This document shows positions 14,190-26,349 of a DNA stretch of 64,000 nucleotides, piece by piece. Location: assembly GCF_009914755.1 (NCBI RefSeq), contig NC_060936.1. The stretch is one strand, 5' to 3'. The position numbers were made by a program, and so were the translations under genes. Under the pieces are notes generated by a model. The model had not been told where the DNA came from, made no database searches, and worked only from the letters and a program-made list of their open reading frames with translations. Each line of letters begins with the position of its first letter. Position 1 is the first letter of the stretch. The DNA comes from the human T2T-CHM13v2.0 reference genome, Homo sapiens.

Positions 14190-15309
14190 TGAATCTTCTC
14201 TCTTCCATGATAAGGGGAAGTTAATAAACATCTAAAATCTTTGATGCCATCAAGTGCCGATAAATCATTTGTGAAAATGGAAAGGAATAAAGGTAGTGGA
14301 ACATTGAAGCAGCATTTAAGGTGATGCTGGAACACATGGCATGGACACCACTAATTTGGGTTCCTAGAGAGATATTAGTCAATACTCGAAGCATTGAGAA
14401 AGTAACAATTTGCCGAATTATAAGATGACCTGGCCATGAATTCAAACTTGGAAGCCTTTTAAAAAAATTTCAACTCATGAAATATACCGATTTCTAAAGC
14501 TTAAGTAAGTTTTATTTTAAATAAATGAACTCATCAAAATGCAATAAAAATTAAATGAGCTAAATTAATTTAACTTAGAAATAAATGTTTTTAATGGAGT
14601 TACTGAAAGGGATATGATCCAACACATTTGCACTTATTTATTTCTGTTATGTAAATCAAAAGTATTAAGTGACAAGCTTAATGTTCCGTCTCAGACTATT
14701 TTTGTTTCAATGGAAAACTGATTTAATCAGAAAACTTTCTCATCTAACAACACAGAATAAGTCACAGGAGACTGTTCTAGATAATTAAAGTTTAAATTTA
14801 GCTTTTGGATTTGAGAAATGTCTGGTTTAATCATTTTAATTTACAGTAAATATGAGAATATTGTGAGACTGGATTTTATTTTCTCCTCTTCTGTGTGCAT
14901 GGGGGCTCCGTGGCTTTGTGGGTTACTTGGATTACATGAGGAACATTAAGGATCAATAACTTGTAACACATAGAACATTATTTTGAATTGGGCATTTTGC
15001 TAAGGGCTTCATATGACCAACCATTCAGTCCTTTGTGCACCCATTTTACAGTTGAGTAAACAGAGGCGCTGAGAGGTGAAGTTACTACCTCATGGGCTCA
15101 GAGCTAGGAAGCTTCTTCTTTTCCATCTCTGAGCTCTGCTATTCTGTGTGCCAGCTTCTTCCTTGTCAAGCTTCCCTCATGCGTTGAGAGACATGATGAC
15201 CAGCGTCACTGGATTTGTATTCCACCAGCCTAAAAACCCTAATAGAAAGAGAACAACCCAAAGGTTTCTATCAACAGCCTGTAATGCCGAGTTAGCTCCT
15301 TTGCTATAA

Positions 15310-15565
15310 AGGACATTATTGAGAATTTTGGTGAAATTAGAATGAAGTTTGATTTTTATATATCAGTAACATATCAAGGTGAATTTCCCGATTGTAATGG
15401 TTGTCTGGAAGTTTTGTAGGTTTTGTTCTTATTGTAGGAAATACTTAAGTAATTTGGGGTGACTGGGCATCAGATTGGCAATTTATTCTCACTTGGTTCA
15501 GGGGGGGAAAGTTCCTTGTACTATACTTACTACTGTTGGTTATTTTGTGACTATTTCAAATTAAG
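15310..15565 (+). mobile_element. L1ME/L1MC 3' fragment
   Basis: gacattattgagaattttggtgaaatt, ttgtactatacttactact. Confidence 0.6.
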
Positions 15566-15840
15566 AATATATTAATATTGTTAATGCGTTACTCCACAAC
15601 CGTCTGTGATTGTGGGTCCCCACTGGCGTAGTCTGTGCTCCTGCTAGGGGTGGCTCTGCTTTAAGTGTCCCTCAACTCCCTCTGGCACCAGCTGGCCAGC
15701 CCAGCAGCACATTCCCAAGGAGGTGGGAGAGGCCCAAGAGAGCAATTAGAACACTCATGGGTACAAAGGGGAACTCCAACACATCTCTCTCTTTCTACTG
15801 GCCTAAGCAAGACATGTGCTTGAATACCAAGCAAAGAGGC

Positions 15841-16202
15841 TGATATGGTTTGGCTTTTAATCCCCACCCAGATCACATCTGGAATTGTAATCCCCACGTG
15901 TGGAGAGAGGGACCTGGTTGGAGGTAATTGGATCATGGGGCGGTTTCCCCCATGCTGTTCTCATGATAGTGAATGAGTTTTCATGAGATATGATGGTTTA
16001 AAAGTGTGTGACTTCCTTTGCTCTCTCTCTCTCCTGCCCCCATGTAAGACAAGCCTTGCTTCCCCTTCGCCTTCCGCCATGATTGTAAGTTTCTTGAGGC
16101 CTCCTCAGCCATGCAGAACTGTGAGTCAATTAAACCTCTTTTCTTTATAAATTACCCAGCCTTGGGTAGTTCTTTATAGCCATTTGAAAATGGACAAATA
16201 CA
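15841..16202 (+). mobile_element. THE1D-like solo LTR nested in an older MLT1
   Basis: tgatatggtttgg...gactaataca-type ends; TSD gaggc/ggggc. Confidence 0.92.
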
Positions 16203-17603
16203 GGGGCCTTTTAGTGGGATGAATCCACATCTCCGCATGGCAAAGGAGGTAAGAATTGAGGTTAGTGATGCAAACTACCTCAGTGCTGTAAACAGAAACA
16301 GGCAGGGTTGCACAGGGATGCTATAAAGATGTCCACCACGCCTGTCTTTCATATGTACAAAAGAAAGGTACATCAGAGGAGGTAAGTATCCAGAGCACTC
16401 ACCACAATGTTTGACCCATAGTTAGCAATTAATAAACGTTAGTTATCTTTATTTTAACAATTTCCATGGTCAAAGTTGCTGATTGTCTATATATAGATGC
16501 CAGACCAAGAAGAAAGATCGAAAAATATCTTAATTTTCTCTGTACGTTTCTTTGTGATGGTGAGAAGAAATTATTTCTTCCATGCCAAGCAGCTGGTTGG
16601 GTCAAATATCTCCAGAACATTATGGTTTTATTTGTGTAATTAATTAAAACTTTTTTCAATATCACTTTCATAAATCTTGAATATGAAGTACCTATAAATT
16701 GACTTAGCTCTGGTTTATAGATTGGCAATGTAAAAATGTCATATATTCTATATCCTTGTAAGTCAACCATAATTCATTTAAGATTTGGAGAATGGGTAAT
16801 ACAAATGGAGTAGAAAGAAAAACTATAATAGGAACGTATTTAGTTAAAAAATGTAAAAGAAAAGTTTTTAAAAACAAAGAAAGCATGTTTGAAAAAAGTT
16901 GTAAAAATTAAGGATCTAATACACAGGTCTAGATACCTGCTCAAACACATACCTTCTAAGATCCACTGATGTTGAAAACTTGATTTTCTCACAAACATAG
17001 CCCCAGGTGATTGGGAAGAGTCTGAGAATTCAACCTAATTTCCTGAATCATTTTAGGATTTGGAAATGATTTGTGTGGAATATAATAAAACTTAATCTTC
17101 CTCTTCACCCAAATTTATAGTTGTGGTGGAGAGGAATTTATTCCATGTGGAAGGCTGAGTATATTTCAGAAGAGGATGCCTGCTCACTTATAATCAGACT
17201 TAGAAGGCCATTCTAATTATGATTTACTACCACGCCTTTCAGAACCAGTCTCTCTTCAACCCCACACAAATGATAATTTATATGGTAATGGCCTCAACTC
17301 CATATTTCTCATTGAAGTTTTGAATCAAACTTGAATTCGTATCCCTCTTTTTAGAATGATATATATTTTACTATTTTTAGAGGTGGCTGAGTGTATTATA
17401 AAAGGTTTTTAAATGCAAAAAACAATCCCTTAATTAAAAAAAGAAAACTGAGCCAAAGAGATAGTGAAATAATGCAATTATTCTGATTTGTGGTACATAT
17501 TCTTGCTTTCTCACTCAATCCACTCTTTTGCTTCATGAGAGAGAATTCAGAAGAATTATTGAACTGAAGTAGGTAACTCTTTCCTTCACCTGGTTTATCA
17601 ATG

Positions 17604-17605
<2 letters not shown>

Positions 17606-17648
<43 letters not shown>
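17606..17648. repeat. (CA)n microsatellite, ~21 units
   Basis: Direct reading. Confidence 0.97.
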
Positions 17649-17650
<2 letters not shown>

Positions 17651-18243
17651 GTTTTTTTCTAGCACCTAAATTTACTTTTTCCCTTTTGGGGAAAATTTTT
17701 GAGCATTGGGGGAAAATTTAAACATTATGTGGGTACTCTGGACTTTTAATTTTCTTTCTTTTAAAATGAAGATGAGAGTAATTTACTCTCATCTACTTAG
17801 GTTGATGGGGGAATCTTCATAAAACTGTTACTCAGTTTTATGAGTAAAACTGAGTGAATCCTGGAGAATTGAGCCTAAGTCATACTAGTACATAGAAAAG
17901 TGGACTTCATTAAAAATTTTGGATTAGCTCAAGAAATCAAAAGTTATTGAATAACTAGGCATCAACAGACAAAAGCCGAGAGTAGCTCTAAAATCCTGGG
18001 AAGAAATAATTCCTGGAGTCTCTTACTAATGTTCTGTCATTAATAAAGACACAGTGTTTCCACATCAGTCTTTGCACTTCTCAATTCAAATTCTTGAGGC
18101 AAAGCATCTGATTGGCTTCTTGCTGGCCAGTGGATGTCTCTCAGAGGGCTGGTGGTTCACCTTTGGTCTAATTTCCTAAGACCAATAAGGTAAATTAATA
18201 TAGTATAATCAACATTTTGGAGTCTATTTCTATGGTTTTTACA

Positions 18244-18555
<312 letters not shown>

Positions 18556-18639
18556 GTGTGGTGTTTTTACTCTGAAGACATCCCTCCAAAATATTTCCTC
18601 ATACCTTAGGTCTTCTCATGTGACATGTCTCGTGAACAG

Positions 18640-18850
18640 GATATTGTTGGGTTCAGCCAACCCCGCATCCATATCCCCTTCCTTTGGAAGCAGTTTACCA
18701 TTTTCCTTTTGGACACTTACTTCTGATCATAGACAATGTTGGTTGGGTTGCAAGTCAATGTTTCTCATGCTCCACTGGCTAGGGACTGAAGGTGTGACCT
18801 ATCCTCAGCCAATCAGATGCTGTCTTCTGGGTTTGGAATATTGAATCTTA
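18640..18850 (+). mobile_element. LTR16-like ERVL LTR fragment
   Basis: gcatccatatccccttcc, gtgacctatcctcagccaatcagatgc. Confidence 0.55.
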
Positions 18851-19099
18851 TTGAATCTCGACTTCCTCAGGGAGAATATGTGCAAAATAGAGGTATTTAT
18901 GTACATACACACATGCATATATGTACAAGTGCATGTATATGCACACATACAACTTGATCCATTTCTATATCATCACCCCTCTATGATAAAATCATGAATT
19001 CAAATTGATAGCTCTAATTCTACTCCAGCATGGCAGGAGTCATTCTATTTTCTTATTTGTAGCTCCCTTCTCAAGCTAGCAGAAACCTGGCTCCCTTTA

Positions 19100-19420
19100 T
19101 CACTGGATCACATTGATTGATGTTCAAATATTGAACCAGACTTGCATGTGTGGAATAAACCCCACCTGCTCTAGGTGTATAATCACATATAGATTACTGA
19201 AATATATCTGCAAATATTTAATTATTAGGTTGGTACAAAAGTAATTGTGGTTTTTGTCATGTCTTTTAATAAATATTTTGCATCTATATTGGTGATTAAT
19301 ATTGGTCTAGTTTCATTTTTGTTTTCACTATCTTTACCTAGTGTTGGCATCAAGGTACTACAGGCTTCATAACGTGAATTGAAAGTTGTTGTTTCTTCCT
19401 TTTATATTTTCTGGAGGAGT
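19100..19420 (-). mobile_element. Old L1M ORF2 fragment interrupted by half MADE1
   Basis: ttgaaccagacttgcat...gaataaaccccac, ttttgcatctatatt. Confidence 0.7.
19225..19270 (+). mobile_element. MADE1 MITE, left half only
   Basis: TA + ttaggttggtacaaaagtaattgtggtttttg; right arm absent. Confidence 0.85.
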
Positions 19421-19437
19421 TATTTTCATCGTATTTC

Positions 19438-19785
19438 ACACTTCTCAAAGTGTGATGGCTGGATCAGCAGCATCTCCATCACCTGGGCACAGTTTTCGAT
19501 ACAAGCGCATTCAGACCTGTAGAACAGAAACTCTGAGGGTGGGTCTGGCAATTCAGTTTAACAAGCTCTTCAGGTGATTCTAATCTAAAGCTGAAAAACA
19601 GTGCTTTACATGTATTATATAATCAACTGGCATTCAAGCTTAGCTTTACATTAGAATTACCTGGGGAGATTATAAACTACCAAAATCTAGGCTGTTGCCA
19701 AGACCAGGTAAAGCAGAACCAGTTATCAGCAACTTTTATGTCATGTCAAGTAATTCCAATGTACAGTCAAATTGGAGAACCTCTT
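19438..19785. mobile_element. Two adjacent MER5-family hAT MITEs (~19438-19605, ~19625-19785)
   Basis: cttctcaaagtgtg...agcagcatc...aacaagctcttcaggtgattct; acattagaattacctgggga...tggagaacc. Confidence 0.75.
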
Positions 19786-21400
19786 ATCTAATTAAATCCT
19801 CCTAATAACAGGTTAGATATGGTCATCCCCACTTTACACATGGGAAAACTGAGGTGTGAAGAGATCAAAGAACTACTCCCCAGCAGTGGTGGGATTCAAA
19901 TACAAATCTAGCTAAAAGTTTCCAAGTCCATTTAAATAATCATAAACTTCAAGCTAGTAGGGCTGGTAAAAAGTAAGGTTCACCTGTAAATATGTCACCA
20001 CAACATACCAAACACAACAAACCAAAATCTTGCTTGGACTTTTCTCATCCTAATAGAGGTTTTGTTAGTTAGTTAGTTTGTTATATACTGTGGTAATGGT
20101 AAGGTCAGTATGCCATTCCAAACCAGGAATCTCAGATTACTTCTCCAGAGGAAAAGAACAGTGTAGCCAACAGCCTTCTCTCTCAGGGCCAATGGCCCTT
20201 AGAGACCTTCAGTGGAGTAGAGGGGGGCTCCATGATTGGGCCTTGGGTGCAAGTGAAGCTAATAGAGTTCAGCACCATTAGTAAAGTGTCCTATCTAGCT
20301 GACTTGATGGATCAACAACTTGTTTTGGTGATTCAGCCACCCACCCTGTCTCTATAGGTTGCATCAGAGCCCAAGAGTGGATATTTTAGTTTTTGGTTGT
20401 TTTTTTTTTCTGAGCCCACAGTGGATGAAACAACACAAAACTTCACAGACCACTTTAAAGGAGTCAGAGTAGAAAGAAAAATGTATTTTCTTTTTCTGTG
20501 ACACATGGTCAAGATAAAAAGAGAACTCTAAAGACAGCTGTCAAAATGACAATCGATCCAAGTTAAAAACCTGGAATGGCAGGAAAGTTACAAGAAAAGG
20601 GGGAAATATAATCAAGGAAGAGCAAGAATCCTTTTGATTGAAAATGGCTATAGTTGTGGGAATTTGGGTATTCGTATTTTATGAAAGCATCCTGCTTCCC
20701 CTCCCCACAACCCTTACAAGAATGGGGCACTGAACGGTTTTCTTTGGCACATTTACCAGAACTGTGATCTTCCAGTTAAGACGCAGCAATGACAGCTCCG
20801 TCCTTCATCTGTCTCCCGCCATCCCCACCAAAGGCTTCTGTTGAAATTTGTATTTGTCTGTTCCCTGCAGCCTCCTCTAAATGTTGCTTCCTGCCTTTTA
20901 GAGCGTGAATTACACATCCAATGTCTGGCAGCATATGTGTGAATTCCTCTCCCCAGACCTGCCTCCTATCTTGTGATGCCGGCCAGGGCTGGAGATGGAG
21001 AGACAAGAACCTGGCGCAGGCTTGTTTGGCTTTACATATCGATGTGGCTGCTCTCTGTCCATATCCTGATGCACTGATTCTGTTTATTGAGAATTTGTGA
21101 AATTGACACTTCACTTTGTATTTTTGTCTCCTTTCCCCTTCCAGCATCCAGCACAGGAATGGGAGTTGGTGGGCAAGCAACTTTGGGTGCAGGTTAAGCC
21201 TGTAGGGGCTTCCTATGTGCTCAGCCATTAGGGAACATTTATGGCACCAGCATGGGGAGCAGTGATTGATGAGACAGTCCTGAGGCTTCCTTGTCCTGAA
21301 ATGTTGGCTGAAGCAATCAGAGAGAGAAGAGGAAGGTTTGAAGTGATTTGGCTGGTGATTCTTTTTGTGGAAACTGCCGTCATGACTTCTCTTTTCCTAA

Positions 21401-21814
21401 TGCTGTGGGCTGAATAGCACCCACCCACCAAATTCATACATTGAATTCCTAACCCTCAATGGGACTGTGCTTGGAGATAGGGCCAATCAGGAGGTAATTA
21501 AATTTAAATGAGTTCAAAAGGCTGGGGGCTCTGATTTGATACGTTAGTGTCCTTATGAGAAGAGACTCAATCTCTCTCTCTCTCTCTCTTTCTGTCTCTC
21601 ATTCTCTTCTTCTCTTGCTCTTTCTTTCTTTCCGTGTAAGGACACAGTGAGTAGCTAACTGTCTGCAATTCAAAAATAGAGCCCTTACCAGTAACTGAAC
21701 TGGCGGTCACCTTGATTTTGGATTTCTAACCTTCAGAACTGTGATAAATAAATTTCTTGTGTTTATGCCACTCAGTATTTTGGTTTGGGTTAACAACCAA
21801 AACAGACTAAGACA
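21401..21814 (+). mobile_element. MLT1A-like solo LTR with internal (TC)n
   Basis: tgctgtgggctgaat start, cagaactgtga, gactaagaca end. Confidence 0.88.
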
Positions 21815-22057
21815 CTCTGTAAGAGAATGTCTGAATGGATGCATGGAGGAGTCTGAGTGTCTGAGAAAGGGGTATGGTCTTCGGCAAGTTGGATTCATTC
21901 TTTTAGGCCTGTTTCTCCATCTTTCTTGTGAAAGGATAAAGCCATTTGTCATCTGTCCATTCATTAATTTACTCTACAAATTACACTTAGCGCTCCTAGT
22001 CTTTAACTAGTATTGAATACAGTTAATTACTAAGTATGTTGAATATAGTACACTGAG

Positions 22058-22468
22058 TGTATTAGTCAGTTCAGGCATTGCTATAAAGAAATACCTGAGA
22101 CTGGGTAATTTATTAAAAAAAAAAAAGAGGTTTAATTGGTTCACAGTTCTGCAGGCTGTACAGGAAGCATGGTGGCTTCTGCTTCTGAGGTGGCCTCAGG
22201 AAACTTACAATCATGGTGGAAGGGGAAGGGAGAGCCAGCACTTCACATGGCTGGAGCAAGAGGAAGAGAAAAAAAGGGGAGGTGCTATACACTTTCAAAC
22301 AACCAGATCTCCTGAGAACTCATCACCAGAACAGCACCATGGGGATAGCGCTAAGCCATTAGAAACCACTCCTATGAACCAGTCACCTCCTGCTAGGCCC
22401 CAATTTCAGCACCGGGGATTACAATTCAACATGAGACTTGGGTAGGGGTAAATATCTAAATCGTATCA
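22058..22468 (-). mobile_element. MSTA solo LTR
   Basis: tgtattagtc...atca ends; perfect TSD ctgag. Confidence 0.93.
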
Positions 22469-22547
22469 CTGAGTATAGCAGAAAAGCATGGTCCCTGACC
22501 CCACCAAGTTTATATTAAAGGAGACAAGCAAGAAACAATTAAGTCAT

Positions 22548-22890
22548 TGCTATAATCTGAATGTTTGTTTCTCCCCAAAATCCGTATGTCAAAATCTAAT
22601 CTTCGATGTGGTGATATTAGGAGGTGACATCTTGGAGAGGTGATTAGGTCATACGACTTTATCCTCATGAATGGGATTAGCATACTTATGGAAGATGCTT
22701 GAAAGAGCTACTTGTACCTTCTACCACATGAGGCTACAGCAACAAATCACCATCTATGAAGCAGAAAACAAGCCCTTACCGGACACCAAAACTGCCAGTG
22801 CTTTGTTCTTGTACTTCTCAACCTCCACAACTGTGTGCGATACATTAGCCACGCAGCTCATAGTATTTTGCTATAGCAGCGCAAATGGAT
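22548..22890 (+). mobile_element. MSTD/MLT1A0-like LTR lacking its last few bases
   Basis: tgctataatctgaatgtttg start; tattttgctatagcagcgcaaatgga end. Confidence 0.8.
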
Positions 22891-23261
22891 GGGAACCTAC
22901 ATATTAGATTTAATTATATGAGTTGCTGTGTTAATAGATCTGATTAATAACTACACATTTTAGTGTGCATTACAGAACAGAAATATAAGATGTATGCTTT
23001 TCTCAAGCTGTTACTTCTGCCCTTAATTTCTACAGCTGGAAAGATATTTCACTTGAAATTCTGGAGTTGAAAAGTGACCTTCTATGTTTCTGCTGGATTC
23101 CAACAGCCCTGAGGTCTTGGGTGTCAATGTCCAGTTTAAATTGAATAAAAGAGAAATATAGTGGAGAGGGACTCATTGACTAATATAGCAAAAATAATAT
23201 TCTGCTATATATATAAGATATTTTAGCTTACATTAATAACATTTTATCCACTCCTGCACTT

Positions 23262-23415
23262 TTCTGGAGGCTGGGAAATCCATGACCAAGGTGCCAGCAG
23301 ATGCAATGTCTCAGCAAATTTCAAGCATACACAATATTATTGTTAACTGTAGTCACCTTGCTGTACATTAGGTCTCCAGAACTTATTCATCTTATAACTG
23401 AAAGTTTGTACCTTT
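23262..23415 (-). repeat. Chimeric MST/L1MA fragment, direct copy of 25213-25366
   Basis: 141/154 ungapped identity by manual alignment, spanning the chimeric junction. Confidence 0.9.
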
Positions 23416-23759
23416 CTTTGTTTTGCTAAAACTATTTCCCAAAATAGTCCATGTCAATACAAATAAATCTATCACATAACTCCAGAGTATGCAAAATATT
23501 GACTTTTGTGGGTATACTATAATTTTATTGAAAAACACCTCTTCCATTGAAAAGACATTTAAGTTTGTAGTCAGTATTTGTCATTGCAGTGAAATGTACA
23601 ATGAATATCATTTAAAATATAGCTGCATCTTTGTCAGTAGGTACTTAAGGAAATGGCCAGCACGAAGGGTTTTTATATGGGTCTTGCTAGGTTAATCTTT
23701 AATAAGGCTGCACTAATTTCCACTCCCACCAGCAGTACATGAGAGCACATTTTCTCACT

Positions 23760-24300
23760 TTGTTATGGAATTTGAAAAGGATATTGTAGGAGATACATTT
23801 GGAAAGGAGGCCACCAAACAAGCTCAGAAATAAAAGGCTTTGCACTCCAGCCACATTTGTCACTTCCTGACCTGTTCTCCCCATTCCAGCATCCACAGCC
23901 TCATTCCGTGACTTGAGAGACTGAGCCCTACTGCCCGCCCACCTGCCTGGGTTCCTTTGCTGATTGGGGAGGGGACATAGCTAAGTGCAGGCCTCAATCG
24001 GAATTTAGACTGTGGAAGAAGAGAGTGTTACAGGGCTTATCTTTCTTGCTTTCTTTCCTTTTTTTTCTCTGTACCACATATCTGGCCTCTTTGAACAACT
24101 GCAGCTTCTGCCTGTCCCCTCTCCAAGTGCCCCAGCTTCACTGAGCTCAGATCAAACTATATATTCTCCTGACTGTGGCCCGCTGCTGTTAGTCCTAGCA
24201 CCCGGGTGTTGACAAATCCTTTCTATTTACATCAACAAATAAGTCCCTTATTCCAGTTAAGCTATCTGGAGTGTCATTCTGGTTTTTTTTCCGGCATTCA
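23760..24300 (+). mobile_element. LTR33-like ERVL LTR
   Basis: gagagactgagcccta, ctgcagcttctgcctg, ataagtcccttatt...tggagtgtc. Confidence 0.45.
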
Positions 24301-24874
24301 AAGAATGAGTTTGGATTTCATTCTGCAAGCAAGGAGGAGGAAGGGCTGCACTTGGTCATCGAGTCTCAGCTCCAGGCCCCTGATGCAAGCCCTGGGGAGC
24401 ACAGAAACACCAGAGCCTGAACCACACGCATCCTCCGGTGTCCTTATGTTTTGAATGTTCCTGGGGCAGGGAGAACAATGAGTGTTCCTTTGGTGTCCAT
24501 TTATTAATATAAGTCTTTGTTTTCTAATAGAAAGTCTTTAGATTATTTTTATTTAGTATCTTGCTACATTTGCTTCAAGAAAATCCTATGAACATTTAAT
24601 GTGCAATATTATTGAAAGGCTGTTTAGAAAGATTAAATCACTTCGATTAATTTCAGTTGTATACATCCTAACATCTACAACCTCCTGAAATTACATTACC
24701 TTCTAAGAAGAAAGGGGGAGATGCTATACAGTTTTAAACAACCTGATCTGCTGAGAACTCTGTCATAAGAACAGCATTTCTTCATTTGGTTGAGCTGTGG
24801 AAGGCTGCCAGCTATGAAGCTCCACCTTTTGGGGGTGGGGAAGAAAGAAAAATGAAAACCAATTTTCTCCATGA

Positions 24875-25470
24875 ATTTTTTTCCAGCTTTATTGAAATAT
24901 GATGGACAAATAAAAATTGCATTATTTAAGGTGTGGTTTTAATATATGTATGCATTGTGAAATTATTACCACCACCAAGCTAATTAACACATCCATCATC
25001 TCACACAGTTACCCTTTTTATTCAGTGGGGAGGGAGGTATAGATGTGACATCACTTAAAATCTACTGTTACCAGAAGCTGAATCTTAATATCTACTCTCG
25101 CCATCAACTCATATAGGTAAACATAATATGTAGATTCCCATTCATTTGAGCTGCTGTAACAAAATACTGTGAGCTGGGTGGCTGAGAAACAACAGAAATC
25201 AATTGCTTCTGGTTCCGGAGGCTGGGAAGTCCAAGACCAAGGTGCCAGCAGATTCAGTGTCTCAGCAAATTTCAAGCATACACTATATTATTGTTAGCTG
25301 TAGTCACCTTGCTGCACAGTGGGTCTCCAGAACTGATTCATCTTTTAACTGAAAATTTGTACCTTTTGGCCAAACACCTCTTATTTCCCCACACCCAGCT
25401 TCTGATAACTACCATGCTATTCCCTGTTTTTAGGAGTTCTACTTTTTAAGATTTCACATATAAGGAATAT
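24875..25470 (-). mobile_element. L1MA9-like 3' end with inserted MST-derived segment (~25067-25260)
   Basis: cagctttattgaaatatgat, cttaaaatctact | ctcagcaaatttcaag split by the insert. Confidence 0.85.
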
Positions 25471-25561
25471 CTAATGTGATATCTGGATTTGGTAGAAGGT
25501 GTTGCTGAAAATTTTAAAGGCTCATGATTCAGTCTTTTGTTGTTGTTGTGTTTAAATTTTC

Positions 25562-25816
25562 AAAGAAGCCAGATACAGAAGGCCATATATTGTATTATTC
25601 CACTTATATGAAATGTTAGACTAGGCAAATCCACAGAGAGGAGTGACTACTCATGGGTACAGAGTTTCTTTTGGGGTGATGGAAAAATTCTGAAACTAGG
25701 TAATGGTGATGATTGCACAACATTTTGAATGTACTAAATGCCACTGAATTGTACTCTTTAGAATGGCTACAATGGTAAAATTTATGTTATGTGTATTTTA
25801 CCATAATTAAAAAAAG
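25562..25816 (+). mobile_element. L1MB 3' end
   Basis: aagaagccagatacagaaggcc, gggtacagagtttcttttggggtgatgga, A tail. Confidence 0.85.
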
Positions 25817-26349
25817 CAAAAGATTTAATCAGCTAAATAGTATATGAATTGCATTATCTTGTGAAATAACTACAGGTAAGACTATAATCTAGACAAATGC
25901 TTCCCCAATCTAGTCCTATTCCCCAAATTAACCACTGTTTTCATTTTAGCATTTTTGTCAAAATATTTTATCTATCTCTTTACATACATATGTATGTAGT
26001 TGTAAAAAAATATGGAATTATTTGGAATATGCGTGTGTTGTAAGATAAAGGGCATTATACTGCATACATTGGTTTGTGTACCCAAATTAAGTCTTAGAGA
26101 ACTTTCCAAAACAGTGTAGTAGTTCTTCCTTATGTTAAAATATGAGGAAGCTAAATATTTCTTCACTCCAGATATTTAGTCATTGGTATTAAGCCTTTTA
26201 CTATTGATGAACTTTTAGGGTGTTTACATTTCTAGTTATCCCCCTCATTGCAGTCTTTCAAGTCTGTTCTGGTTTGAGGATGAAACCAGAACGTGTCATT
26301 TTGGATGAATTGGTTGCACTCATCACAAGAGCACTATGATTTTAAAAAC

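Noticed and set aside
20776-21228. 150-aa ORF in unique sequence
   Set aside because: No recognisable domain or exon structure; length is compatible with chance
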